From Lepidodermella squamata (taxonomy: Eukaryota; Animalia; Gastrotricha), in contig JBLDXI010000031.1 of assembly GCA_047495785.1 (NCBI GenBank), positions 1,550,001-1,614,000 on the forward strand: a DNA stretch of 64,000 nt, written 5' to 3'. The notes under the pieces were generated by a model. It was not told where the DNA came from. It was given only the letters and a program-made list of their open reading frames with translations, and searched no databases. This document shows, piece by piece, positions 52,989 through 64,000 of the stretch. A program made the position numbers and the translations under genes. Within the stretch, counting starts at the first letter, position 1, and each line of letters starts with the position of its first letter.

Positions 52989-54609
52989 ATGCACAAGCAT
53001 TTTGGAATAAAAAGCCTTGTATTTCCAACAACTTGCATGCTCGTTCTAGTTGCCATTTTGAATCGCCTCAACGATGACAATTCATTGAAAATTCCATCAG
53101 TCGAGCGATTGCTAGCTTGGAAATCAGCCTCGCTTCTGTGCTCAAACCTCCCTACCTTTGAGGTGAGAAACGGAACTTGGAAGATTCCGAGAATTCTCCA
53201 CCAGTCGTGGAAAAATGAGACCCTGCCAGAGAACTACGCTCGGTACCGACAGACCTGGCTCGACATGCATCCCGGCTGGCAGCACCACCTGTGGACAGAT
53301 GCCGAGAACCGGCTGCTGGTTCAGTGCCACTACTCGTGGCTGCTGCCGTACTACGACGCGTTTCCCGTCGGCGTTCAACGGGCTGATATCTGCCGGCTGT
53401 TGTACATGCACCGTTACGGCGGAGTCTACGCGGATCTCGACACGGAGCCGATGAAAACCATGGACTCGCTGCTGAGCAATTATTCAAATCAAAATGTCAT
53501 TCTAAGTGAGTATTATCAATTCATAGCACATTAAAGTTTACACACTGAAGTCGCTTGGTTCAGCCTACTGGTGAACATTTTGCACGGCACAATATTAGGG
53601 CTAATCGGAGTCATAAAATGCTTGGATAGTTTTTTAATTGTCTCAACGGTTCTAGTTCATAGCCAAAGGATATGAACAAATCTTCTAAATTCAGCAAAAA
53701 CCCCTTGAAAGTATTTGGTGAAATCTGTGGAAAGTTTTATATCGTCGTTGAAGAACTCGGATTTAGGCATGTTTAGGTCAGTTTCATACAAAAATTTGGC
53801 AATTAACAAGTCATTTGGTTTTCTCCCTTCAATCACGTAAAAAACACCGCTTTTTACTTGTCACCAGTCACCATGAAAGTGACGGAAGCAAGCCTTAATC
53901 CGTGTTATTCAACGACGCTAACAATATCTTCTCCGCCAAACGCCAAAAAGTCCGATTCAAATTATTTGAAAGCAAACTGCCAAAAGTTGCTGAAATCAGT
54001 AAAATCGCCAACAACGTACTATACTCGAAGAAACTTCATGATTCAATAACAGGTTATATGAGCGAAGATTACCAGAAGGAGGATAATGTACAAGCAGCTT
54101 GGATTGCGTCGGCGCCCGGGCACCATATCTGGCTTTTAACGGTGCTGAAAAGTTCCTTGTTGATTCAAAGTTTGCCGAAAGCTACAAGGTGAGTATTTGT
54201 AAGGCTTCTTATAGTGAGCGAAAATTTTCAAGTTTTTAGACCTGACTATATTACGGGACCAACGGTTTTATGGGTGGCGCTGGACGACTATTGGCGATTG
54301 TGGAGATCTAAATTGAGCGATGCCAAAATCGGCGCCAAAAGTGTTGCCGAAGGACCTAAAATGATTCGAGACATTGCCATGTTGGAGCCCGGCCTCATTT
54401 TCCCCTACCACTTCTACGACTTCGACAAGCCCATCGGGAAGATTTGCGGTACTCACAGCCCGACGTTCAACGCGACAGCCTGCAAAGCCAGTTTTCCCAA
54501 TGCCTACGTCATTCAATATGCCGGTTATTCGTGGGCAGGAGAATGGAATGGTTTCCTCAAGGCTGCTGGTTTGAAAGAGATTGATTACAATGAGAAAAAG
54601 GAGAAATAA
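52989..54609 (+). CDS. GT32 (DXD) glycosyltransferase copy c (3 exons)
   Basis: IPRILHQSWK, RYGGVYADLD, WIASAPGH, YITGP; frame intact across GT-AG introns. Confidence 0.88.
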
Positions 54610-55140
54610 TATTATTGAAATTATCTTGAAATAATCCAAGACGTCGGAATAGATTCTTGACATTAAAGAATAATTAACAATATTTGATATACAATCTATA
54701 AATATATGTATACTGTGGAATGAAGAATACTGGAAATGAAAATAAAGGCGTGAAACAACGCAATGCGTGATTTTGTAGTGCTAATGCTAACCTTGCAACA
54801 AAAATGTTCCAGCCGGTGTTGAGCCTGACAATATTGACGTATGTCTATTTGGCCTTCATGTATTATAAATCGCAATTGCAATTTCGAAAATAGCGACAAG
54901 TTTTGTTCGTTAGATAGGCAATTTTGAGTCACCTGTTGAAAAATAATGAAGATTGCGGTTACTAATAATGTGCTGAACTGTCGAACTTAAACTGACTGGT
55001 TCATGCGAGAAAAATAAAGGAGCACTCGTTTTTTAACACCATTCACCATTTATTGGCCACCAATTGCGTCAGAAATTTTTATTATTATGAGCTACCAACA
55101 CCCAGCTAAAGTTAAATTCCACATTCAGAGGATATCAATG

Positions 55141-57571
55141 TCATATTGCGGGAACAGTTATGTTCAAAAAGTATTTATCGTTCTCTCGATTTGTGATTCT
55201 TTTCAGCCATTCTTCCATCTCAATGAACAAGCGGCGTGATAGGTTCGTCTTGCAAGCTGCATCAGACTCGATAGCTTTTCCTGTCGGATAAATGGTAAGT
55301 ATTTCATCCGGGCTGAGTTCGATTTCTGATAACTTACTTAGCAGGCCTTCGAAACCAGCGAGCCTGATGATCAAGCAGCGGTTGTCGTTGAGCCCAGCTG
55401 AGAAAATCAGACTGTCGAGTGATTCCATGAAAATACCTGCGCCGAATAGAATCGGCTTATATGTTGTCTCGGGAGGAATAGAAAGTGGCACACGAAGCAT
55501 AGTGTCGAGATCTATGAATATCGGCGATGTGACCAGTGCGATTCTGTTGAGTTTCGCATTGATCAATGTTAGTTGAGCAGCATATTCTGTTAAGAGTAAA
55601 TTGAATCTGTTAAACAATATAATTCAATATGCTTCCGGGAAGCCAGAGACTACCCAAAATCCTAAATTTATTTGTATACCACATTAACACAGTACCTATG
55701 AATTTCATGAAATCCTGACAGAACCTACCCCCTGGGCCAGGAACGCCGAACCTGCTGACATAGGTGTGCGTCACCGAGAGGTAGTAGTCACCCTGATAAT
55801 GAACAAACGGAGTGCCACCGCGAAGGAACAAAGATCCCTTAGCAGTCTCGTCGCTACCAATAACAAACATGCAATTGACAAGCTTGGCTTCGTCATCGCG
55901 ATGCGGCATGAACTCGCACTCGATAACGCGCAAGTTGGGTAGGATTTCGTACACCAGGCGTAAGCGGCCATTGAAAACCCAAGGTGACCAGTTTTTCTCC
56001 AGAATAGCAAGCTTCAGCTTTTGGCTAACTCTGATCGAGTAGAGTACGCTGTCGTCCAAAGACCATAGATAAGGTCGCCTAAGTAAACATAAGTCGACTA
56101 AGTAAAGTACACACTTCACCTTAGGGCTTGAAACATTCGACTTCCACCCAGCGAAAATCGACAGCAGAGATGTCAAGATCACATTGCCATTCAGTGGCGT
56201 AACCAGCTGGTTGTTGTGGTTGTTCAAACAACTACCAAAATAAAGACTCAAAAACCCCTCTTCGGCCTATTTTCCCTAGAAAGTGGCTCAAATTACTTAT
56301 AACGTGGAGGAAATGTTTGCAAAATTGCCAAAAAATTTCTCGCTTCGCTCGATAACCCGATAGTTCCGATATTTCCCTGGCAAAATCGCATTCTTCGACC
56401 TTGGATTCTCCAGAGTAAAATGAAAATTTCACTCTGAAATCCACAACAACTACCAAAAATGTTTCCTGGTTACGCTCCTGTTGCCATTGGATGGCATGTA
56501 TCAAACTGAAGTATGAAGTATGAGCAACATTGATATTTGTATGATATTGTACGGGTTTTTTATTTTTTATTCATATCTGAGATTCGTAGCACGAGATGCG
56601 GGCATGTTGACGAGGCGGAGCCGAGTCGACATGACCAAATCCAGAATCCAGATATAAATGAATTACGAGTGCTATATCGTAAAACATTCCATGAGCATGG
56701 GTACTAACACTATATTTTTTGAGCAAATGCTATATTTCTCCTAACTTAGGTTCTCTTGTTTGTTCTGTTCATAGGTCTAGTTTTGGTGAAAAACCATCTT
56801 ACAAAAAACGTTTTCTTGAAAGTTTTCTCTATCAAAAAATTAAGATATGGCTAGATATGGAGAAAGACAATTTCCCGTCAACACACAATATGTCAAAAAA
56901 ACGAAATAATTAAAAATTGCCGTGCAGCTTTACCGTAGTAGCGGCGCATCGTGTTCGTAGTAATGTGCAATCGTAGTAACCAAGAAAACCGTGCCATTCA
57001 GCTCAATGATCCTTGCATCCTCCGGCCCGGTTTCCTTCGGCTCTTTGTGCGGACTAGGAATGCCAACAATGTATCGCGATTTCGGAACCGGGCGTAAATC
57101 CCTATCGAGCTTGATCATGTAAACATAACTGCCCTGGTATGAATTTAAGCTGTCATTGATGCGGTTCCACACTCGAATAGCACATTGAAGTTCATCTTTG
57201 CGCGGCATGCAGGAGGCCTGCATCGGAAACGGCCCCTCGCCAGAGAGCCATTTTTCGGAAGCTCGCTCGTGATCGGCGAACATGTTCCGCACGTGACTTG
57301 TGACCGTTTCCTTGAAATCGAATAGAATCGAAGTTGTAACATTGGCTGACGACTCGCTGATATCGCCACAAGTCTCTCGATTAACATGCGCACCGTTTAG
57401 AGTAAACTTGAAATGGCGGTCGCCTCTCGCCGAAATGACAAATGTTTTGAAAGCATTGAATGAGGAATAGGTTGGAAAATTGCTGTATTGCGTATGTAAA
57501 AGCAGCAGTGAAAGGAATGCTGATACCACATAGAGAATTAATTTCTTCTCTTGGCGGCTACGGAATAACAT
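55141..57571 (-). CDS. Bmt/GT91-like glycosyltransferase copy E (4 exons)
   Basis: TM anchor; GPEDAR, EKNWSPW, LRGGTPF. Confidence 0.8.
56192..56480. mobile_element. hAT-type MITE in intron 1 of copy E
   Basis: TIR cag.g.cgtaaccag, 8-bp TSD ttgccatt; empty site in copy D at ~40420; related fragment at ~20998-21050. Confidence 0.82.
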
Positions 57572-57714
57572 TATTCTAGAAATATAGAAAATCGTGACGG
57601 ATTATTCGCAAATCAGCTCTGAGCTAAGAACATTCAGTCAAGGATTTACAATTTACCAGCCAAATACTAGCCTCAGAAGATATCGAGAAGAATAGCAAAC
57701 CATATAGAATACAA

Positions 57715-57960
57715 CACCAGAAAAAAATCACCCTAATTTGGGTGATAAGAAATCGGACTTTTAGCTTGTGAAACCCCCTCAATTAGGGCCCTGTGAGTAT
57801 CCTAATTCACGGATTTTCAACATTTATCTGAATTCATGCCCAAAATCACCCTAATTCATGTAGAAAAATTCAGTTTTTTATCTGCGAAAACCATGAATTC
57901 AGATACCGAAACTAAATTCATGCTTTCGGTAGATGAATTAGGGTGTTATTTTTTCTGGTG
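57715..57960. mobile_element. Second copy of the CAC-terminated MITE, 2-bp TSD AA
   Basis: Matches 27855-28101; empty site at ~41618 in the paralogous segment. Confidence 0.88.
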
Positions 57961-58718
57961 AAAGACACTGAGATTCTTTATTCGAATTGATTGAAAATAG
58001 CAATTGAAAATTTTAGATATGATACTGGTCGCGTGGTATCACAGATAACACTACTGTTGTTTTTCAACTTTTAAATAAACGAATAGAGAACGTAAAAAAT
58101 CAATAATCTCACTGCGTGTTGGAAACAATAATCTGGCGTACACACGTTGTTTACTAGTCAACGAGAAATGTAATTTTGATCCCTAAATACTGAGGTCTGA
58201 GGTGAACAGAGTGATTTGAATTGTAACATCGAATTGTAACATGTCATAGGGCAAACAGTAGGATTTATCTGCCATATGTGTTCTTTCCAATAAAACATGA
58301 GTTTCTTCTTCTTCAAGCAAACTTCTTTTTAATTAGTACGAATTTTGAGATTTCACAGTTGTTTGAAATGCTTCAAAAGCCGAAAAATCAAGTGTAGCGG
58401 GAATTCCCAGGAGTTACCAATAAAATCCTCAAAGAATTTACGGGATATTCCAGACAGATTTGAATTTGTGCAACGTGACATGTGTAACTGTTTGAATACT
58501 GATAGAGGTTATCATTTTTGAAGAAAAACACCGAGTAAAGTTGAAGGGAAAGTATGCCCTCTTTTGTCGGTCAGTAGTCAGTAGGTTTGCACACTTTTTA
58601 AATTACTTTTATGGAGCAAACAAATTACCTAAGAGGAAACACTTTTTGGTCCAATATTTTTATTTCCAAAATAAAAAACACTAGGAAAATTATATTGCTT
58701 TCAGTCTTCTAAGTTGCA

Positions 58719-60348
58719 TCAAGCTTTAGGAACCTTTTTGTCCGAATAATATTTGTCATTTTCTCGTCCGGTGGTATCTTTTAGCCAGTCTTCCATTGCG
58801 TTAGGCACACCACTCCATATATTTGAGTCACATGCTTCGTCTGACTCGATAGCCTTTTCTGAAAATTTGAATCACTTTTGAATATATTGGAAACAGGTGC
58901 TGCAATCCAGCGGCTTACTTAGCAGGCTTTCGAAACCAGTGAGCCTGATGATCAAGCAGTGGTTGTCGTTGAGCCCAGCTGTGAAAATCAATCTGTCAAG
59001 TGACTCCATGAAAATGCCTGCCCCAAACAGAATCGGTCTTTCTGCAACATTTACAGTGAGCGGGACATTGAACATGGTCTCGTGGTCAATGAATATCGGC
59101 GAAGTGACTAGTGCGATTCGGTTAAGCTTGGCATTAACCAGAGTGAGTTGGGCGGCATATTCTGCAAGAAAGGTTAAGACATCTCTAAAATTAGAGGGAT
59201 AGCTTACCATTAGGTCCGAACCGCCGAGAATAGGTGTGCGTCACGGAGAGATAGTAGTCACCTTTGTAGTGAACGAACGGGGAGCCACCGCGAAGGAACA
59301 AAGAACCCGTGTTGTCCTCCTCGAAACCGATAACAAACGAGCAATCCACCTCGCGTGGTTCGTCGTTGCGATATGGCACGAACTTGCACTCCATCACGCG
59401 CAGGTTGGGCAGGAATTCGTAGACCAAGCGCAAGCGGCCGTTGTAAACCCAAGGTGACCAGTTTTTAGCCAAATTTGGCAGTTTCAATTTCGGACCAGTT
59501 TTTATCGAATATAATATGTTATCGCCCCATGACCATAGAAAGGGCCGCCTTCAAAATGAAAATTGAGCGTATTTATTGTGATTATATTACTCTATCATTA
59601 TATGATAATATCCTCTATGAAAAGTGGAAATTCTCAGCGCGCCTAAACTATTTAAGTTTGGAACTGTTTACCTTATTAGTGTCTTGGAGCCGTAGTAATG
59701 AGCGTTCGTAATTGCTAAGAAAACAGTGCCATTCAGCTTAAAGGTTCTCGCATCTTCCGGTCCGTTGAACATTGACTCTCCTATCGGAGCAGGAATGCCC
59801 AAAATATGGCCCGATTGAGGAATAATTTGCATATTTTCATCGAGCTCTATCGAATATATGGAGCTGTCTTGATATCGATTCAGGCCGTCGTTGAAATGGT
59901 TCCAAACTCTTATGGCACACAGAAGCAAACCATTGTGAGGCATGCACGAAGCCTGCATAGGAAATGGCCCTTCACCCGACAGCCATTTCTCAGACGCTCG
60001 CACGTGGGTGGCGTACATATTCCGAACATGGCTTCTAACTGCTTGTTTGAAGTCAAACACAATCGAAGTGGTAACATCAGCTGAAGCCTCGCTGATGTTG
60101 GAACAGGAATCTCGGTTAACAAATGCAACACTGAGGGTGAACTTTAAATGACTATCGCCTTCCACTTCAATAACAAATTTTGCGGTCATTGGCTCATCAC
60201 TAAGAGGGCTAATCGCCGCTTTGACCGGTGCATTTGTTACCCAGAATTGCGAACTGCTAAATTGATTCAGTGTGAGTAACAGCGACAAACACGCTGATGC
60301 GATGAAAATAGTAGTTAGGGCCTTGATCCGGCTCTCGAAAAAAGTCAT
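58719..60348 (-). CDS. Bmt/GT91-like glycosyltransferase copy F (4 exons)
   Basis: TM anchor; GPEDARTF, KNWSPW, LRGGSPF, AGLNDN. Confidence 0.8.
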
Positions 60349-60999
60349 GATTTCTTAAAATCCTGGGAAAATTAAGTAGTACTTGAGAGCCGATGAAGGC
60401 GACATCTCTTCCGAGCTCAATTTCGTAAGCTTAGCCTATATTTGAAAATTAGGCTGGCTATTATGGTATACGCAAGGAGAGTTAGTGCGCGCCTAACTAA
60501 GAAATATAGTCGATATACCTTTCTCGCGTAACAATCTCATACAATTTTTATGAAGGAAGTCGAAATATTACACTATTTGACTTCACAATTTAAAGACTTT
60601 CCCATCCTTTCAACAATGAAGCCATGCAAAACGTATCGACCGCTTGAAGTCATTATAAGTACATTATAAAACGATCCCAATCAGAAAACTGGGATCGGAC
60701 TTCATCGGAATACATGCAGATAAAACCGAAGAATTGATCTTTGAATTTTACAAGAAAGCTATCATCCCGATAAATATCCCTGTGGCCCGCTAAATCAAAT
60801 GCTAACCCTGCAAGGTGTCAACTTATTTAAGCCAGTGTGATTATTTGATTATGCGCCACTTGGCACATCGATTCCTCCCGATACGTACACGGCACGAAAC
60901 CTTTCGCTGTAAAACCGGAAGCAAATGTATTAAATGTATTTTCGAAAACGGCCAACAGGTATGAGGTATGATATTATATTATCATGATGAATAATGGTT

Positions 61000-61092
61000 T
61001 GTTCGCCTAAAATCATCATTTTCTCGTTTAGTAATATCTTTTAGCCAATCTTCCGCTCGATATTTTTGAGTCGCAAGATTCGGCTGACGCGA
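61000..61092 (-). pseudogene. Remnant of a terminal exon of the Bmt-like family
   Basis: Degraded EDWLKDITKRENDD-like sequence similar to exon 4 of copies F and G. Confidence 0.5.
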
Positions 61093-61605
61093 AAATTTAC
61101 AATTTCAGGTTTCAGGCAAACAGGTGCAGCAATTCAGCTAGAGATCTAAAAAATAGATAAAATATTTTCCTAACCACCTAGCCGTTCCTGAGAATTGTTA
61201 AATATGGTGTTCATGGTGCTATAATTATGAGTGCCTTTCAATCACTCGAATTCTATAAAGTACGACGCCGAACATCGATAGCTACAAAACAGTAAACCAC
61301 AAAGCCTTTTTTTACATTGTTCGCTGTTTTGTAGTAAAATGAAAAATCCGCTGTTTTGTCGCGCTCAATATGAATTAGGTAGATACGCTCAAAATTATTC
61401 AAGTACAGATTCAGGCAAAATGCAGGTCTGCTTTTTACCGCATAACGCATAATGCCTTAAGTATTAAACCAAGCCATTGTAATTACTAGCAATTGAGTGG
61501 ATACTGGATAACAAAATCCCCGATTCCAGAGCCACTGGGCCATTATTAGGATTTCCATTGGTAATGCAGCAAGTCATCCTCAATTTTTCAGTTGATAAAA
61601 TCGGA

Positions 61606-63370
61606 TCAAACTTTAGGTACATCTTTGTTCGCATAGAATTTGTCATTTTCACGCCCAGTAATAACTTTCAGCCATTCTTCCAATGCGTTAGGCACATCGT
61701 TCGATATATTTGAGCCGCATGCTTCGTCTGACTCGATAGCCTTTCCTGAAAATTGAATAATTTAGCAGACAGTTGTTGCAATTCAACAATTTACTCAGCA
61801 GGCTCTCGAAACCCGTTAGCCTGATGATCAAGCAGTGGTTGTCATTGAGGCCAGCGGTGAAAATCAAGCTGTCTAAAGACTCCATAAAAATGCCGGCACC
61901 AAACAGAATCGGTCTGTCTGCAGCATGTTCGGCCAGCGGGGTATTTACCATGGTTGCGAGGTCTATGAAAATTGGCGAAGTGACTAAGGCAATTTTGTTG
62001 AGCTTCGAATTGAGCAATGTCAGCTGAGCAGCATATTCTGCAAAAAAGGACAACGCTCAATTACTTTGAGAACAATATATTCATTGTTGGTCCGTCTACA
62101 ACGATAAATGGGCAGTCGAAATCGATGAGCTTTGACCTACAACACAATAAAGTACCTTTAGGACCGCGTCGACTTGAGTAAGAATGCGTCACTGATACAA
62201 AGTAGTCATCCCGGTAATGAACGAACGGGGAGCCACCACGGAGGAACAAAGAACCCGTGTTCGCCTCCTCGCTACCGATAACAAACGAGCAATCCACCTC
62301 GCGTGGTTCGTCATTGCGATAGGGCATGAACTCGCATTCCATAACGCGCAGGTTGGGCAGGAATTCGTAAACAAGGCGCAAGCGGCCATTGAAAACCCAT
62401 GGTGACCAGTTCTTGGCCACATTCGGCAGTTTCAGGGCTGGCCCAGTTTTCATCGAATATAATATGTTATCGTCCGATGACCATAGAAAGGGCCGCCTGA
62501 ATAAAGCGAAAAAGCTCAAACTTGGAAGTTATAACAAGAAAGTTCCCCATGAATGCCTTGATAACTCTCTGCGAAACAAATTGTTCGCAAATAGACCCAA
62601 AGCTCCCAAGCTCTCCATAATTAAGTAGAAATAACAAAACCAGTTTTGGATAATATAGAAGCTACCAATGCGCCCAATTTTCTTTCTGCGTACCTTAACA
62701 GAGTCCTGCCACCGTAGTAATGAGCGTTGGTGACGGCCAAAAATATGGTGCCATTCAACTCGAATATTCTCGCATCTTCAGGTCCGTTATACCGCCGCTC
62801 TCCTATTGGGCTTGGAATGCCCAGAAGATGGCCCGATTGAGGGATAATTTGCATCTTTTCATTTAGTTCAATCGAATATACCGAGCTGTCTTGATATCGA
62901 TTCAGGCCGTCGTTGAACTGGTTCCAAACTCGTATCGCACATCGAAGAACACCCTTGTAAGGCGTACATGAACTTTGCATCGGAAACGGCCCCTCGCCTG
63001 AGAGCCATTTCTCGGAAGCTCGTACGTGGTCTGCGTACATATTCCGAACATGGCTTCTAACCGCTTCTTTGAAGTCGAATACAATCGAAGTGGTAACATC
63101 AGCTGAATCCTCGCTGATTTCATGACAGGATTCTCGTTTAACACTCGCGCTGCTCAAACTGAACTTGAAATGGCGATCGCCATTGACAGAAATTACAAAT
63201 CTGCCGTTACCCGCATCACTGACAGACGTAGCGATGGGTTCTAGTACTGGATCATTTCTTGCCCTTAATGGAGAGTTACTGTATTGAGTCAATGTAAACA
63301 GCAGCGAAAAACATGCTGATCCGACGAAAAGAAAAGCCAATGCTTTTAGCCGGCTTTCGAAGAGTACCAT
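61606..63370 (-). CDS. Bmt/GT91-like glycosyltransferase copy G (4 exons)
   Basis: TM anchor; GPEDARIFELNG, KNWSPW, LRGGSPF; closest to copy F. Confidence 0.8.
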
Positions 63371-64000
63371 CTCTTAGGAATTGAGCAGTGGGAACGTTTT
63401 TTTCGAATCATTCAGCCCGTTAGTGGCTATGCCTCGATATCAAATATTAGCTATCTAGGGCTACCTTAGAACAAAAATATAAGAAAATGAAGATAATTGG
63501 GCCACGCGAAACAAAGAAATGCGTCGATAAATTCTTCGATAAAGAATGGCATCAAATTTTTATGATCGAACGTATCGTCAATCCTATAATACGTTGTTGC
63601 ATTTCATAATTAAAGACTTTCGACAAAAGAGCCTTGCCTGGGTATCGATCACTTGGGAAGTCATTGTGCAATGTCGAGAGATAAAACAGCTATACTTTGA
63701 TTTGATTTAGAGACTCTCTTTAGGCTGGGCTTCATTTTCATTTTAACCCTGTTAGATCTTGCAAACCTCAGATTCATGGACAAGCCGAACTTAACTTTGT
63801 ACATGTTTTCGATTAACGTCAGCTTGGAGATTCCGCTCCGTCTATTCCGCGCTCATTTCTGAGCCCTCGAAGCGTTCTATTTCATGAATTTTTTAATTTC
63901 CCAGCACTTACTTTTGTGATTAGATTGATTTGTTAAACTGAAACTAATATTTAATTTGAATCAAGAAAGAGACTACAGAGCTTCTAAGGCGTACAATGGC

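Noticed and set aside
9923-62405. Recurrent 'conserved' antisense and alternative-frame ORFs (for example MSLRPAVKTKLS..., MTPCRRTT...)
   Set aside because: Shadows of the duplicated real genes

Overview
Eukaryotic, very probably invertebrate-animal, genomic DNA: GT-AG introns mostly ~50-80 bp, a class C GPCR, alpha-arrestins, a nuclear tRNA cluster and many transposon families. The window is dominated by a tandem multigene cluster of predicted type II membrane (Golgi-type) glycan enzymes. It has seven copies plus one remnant of a 4-exon gene with beta-propeller mannosyltransferase-like motifs (GPEDAR, KNW.PW, LRGG.PF; resembling fungal Bmt/GT91), three GT32 (DXD) glycosyltransferases and two SGNH-fold esterase/acyltransferase genes. 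An SGNH(-)/GT32(+)/Bmt-like(-) trio is segmentally duplicated. The left copy (~29.4-47.5 kb) is decaying under many insertions, while the right copy (~49.2-58.3 kb) looks intact. Also present are an intronless SABATH-type methyltransferase, a divergent GABA-B-like receptor, four alpha-arrestins, and a tRNA cluster with 4 intact-looking and 4 internally deleted genes. Non-autonomous DNA elements have TIR/TSD signatures of Tc1/mariner/pogo, hAT, P-like, piggyBac, Harbinger, CMC, Mutator-like and Ginger-like families, and there are two LINE fragments. Main hypothesis: an animal gene cluster for building and acylating a mannose-rich glycan, possibly of horizontal origin. All family assignments come from motif recognition by eye; no database searches were run.
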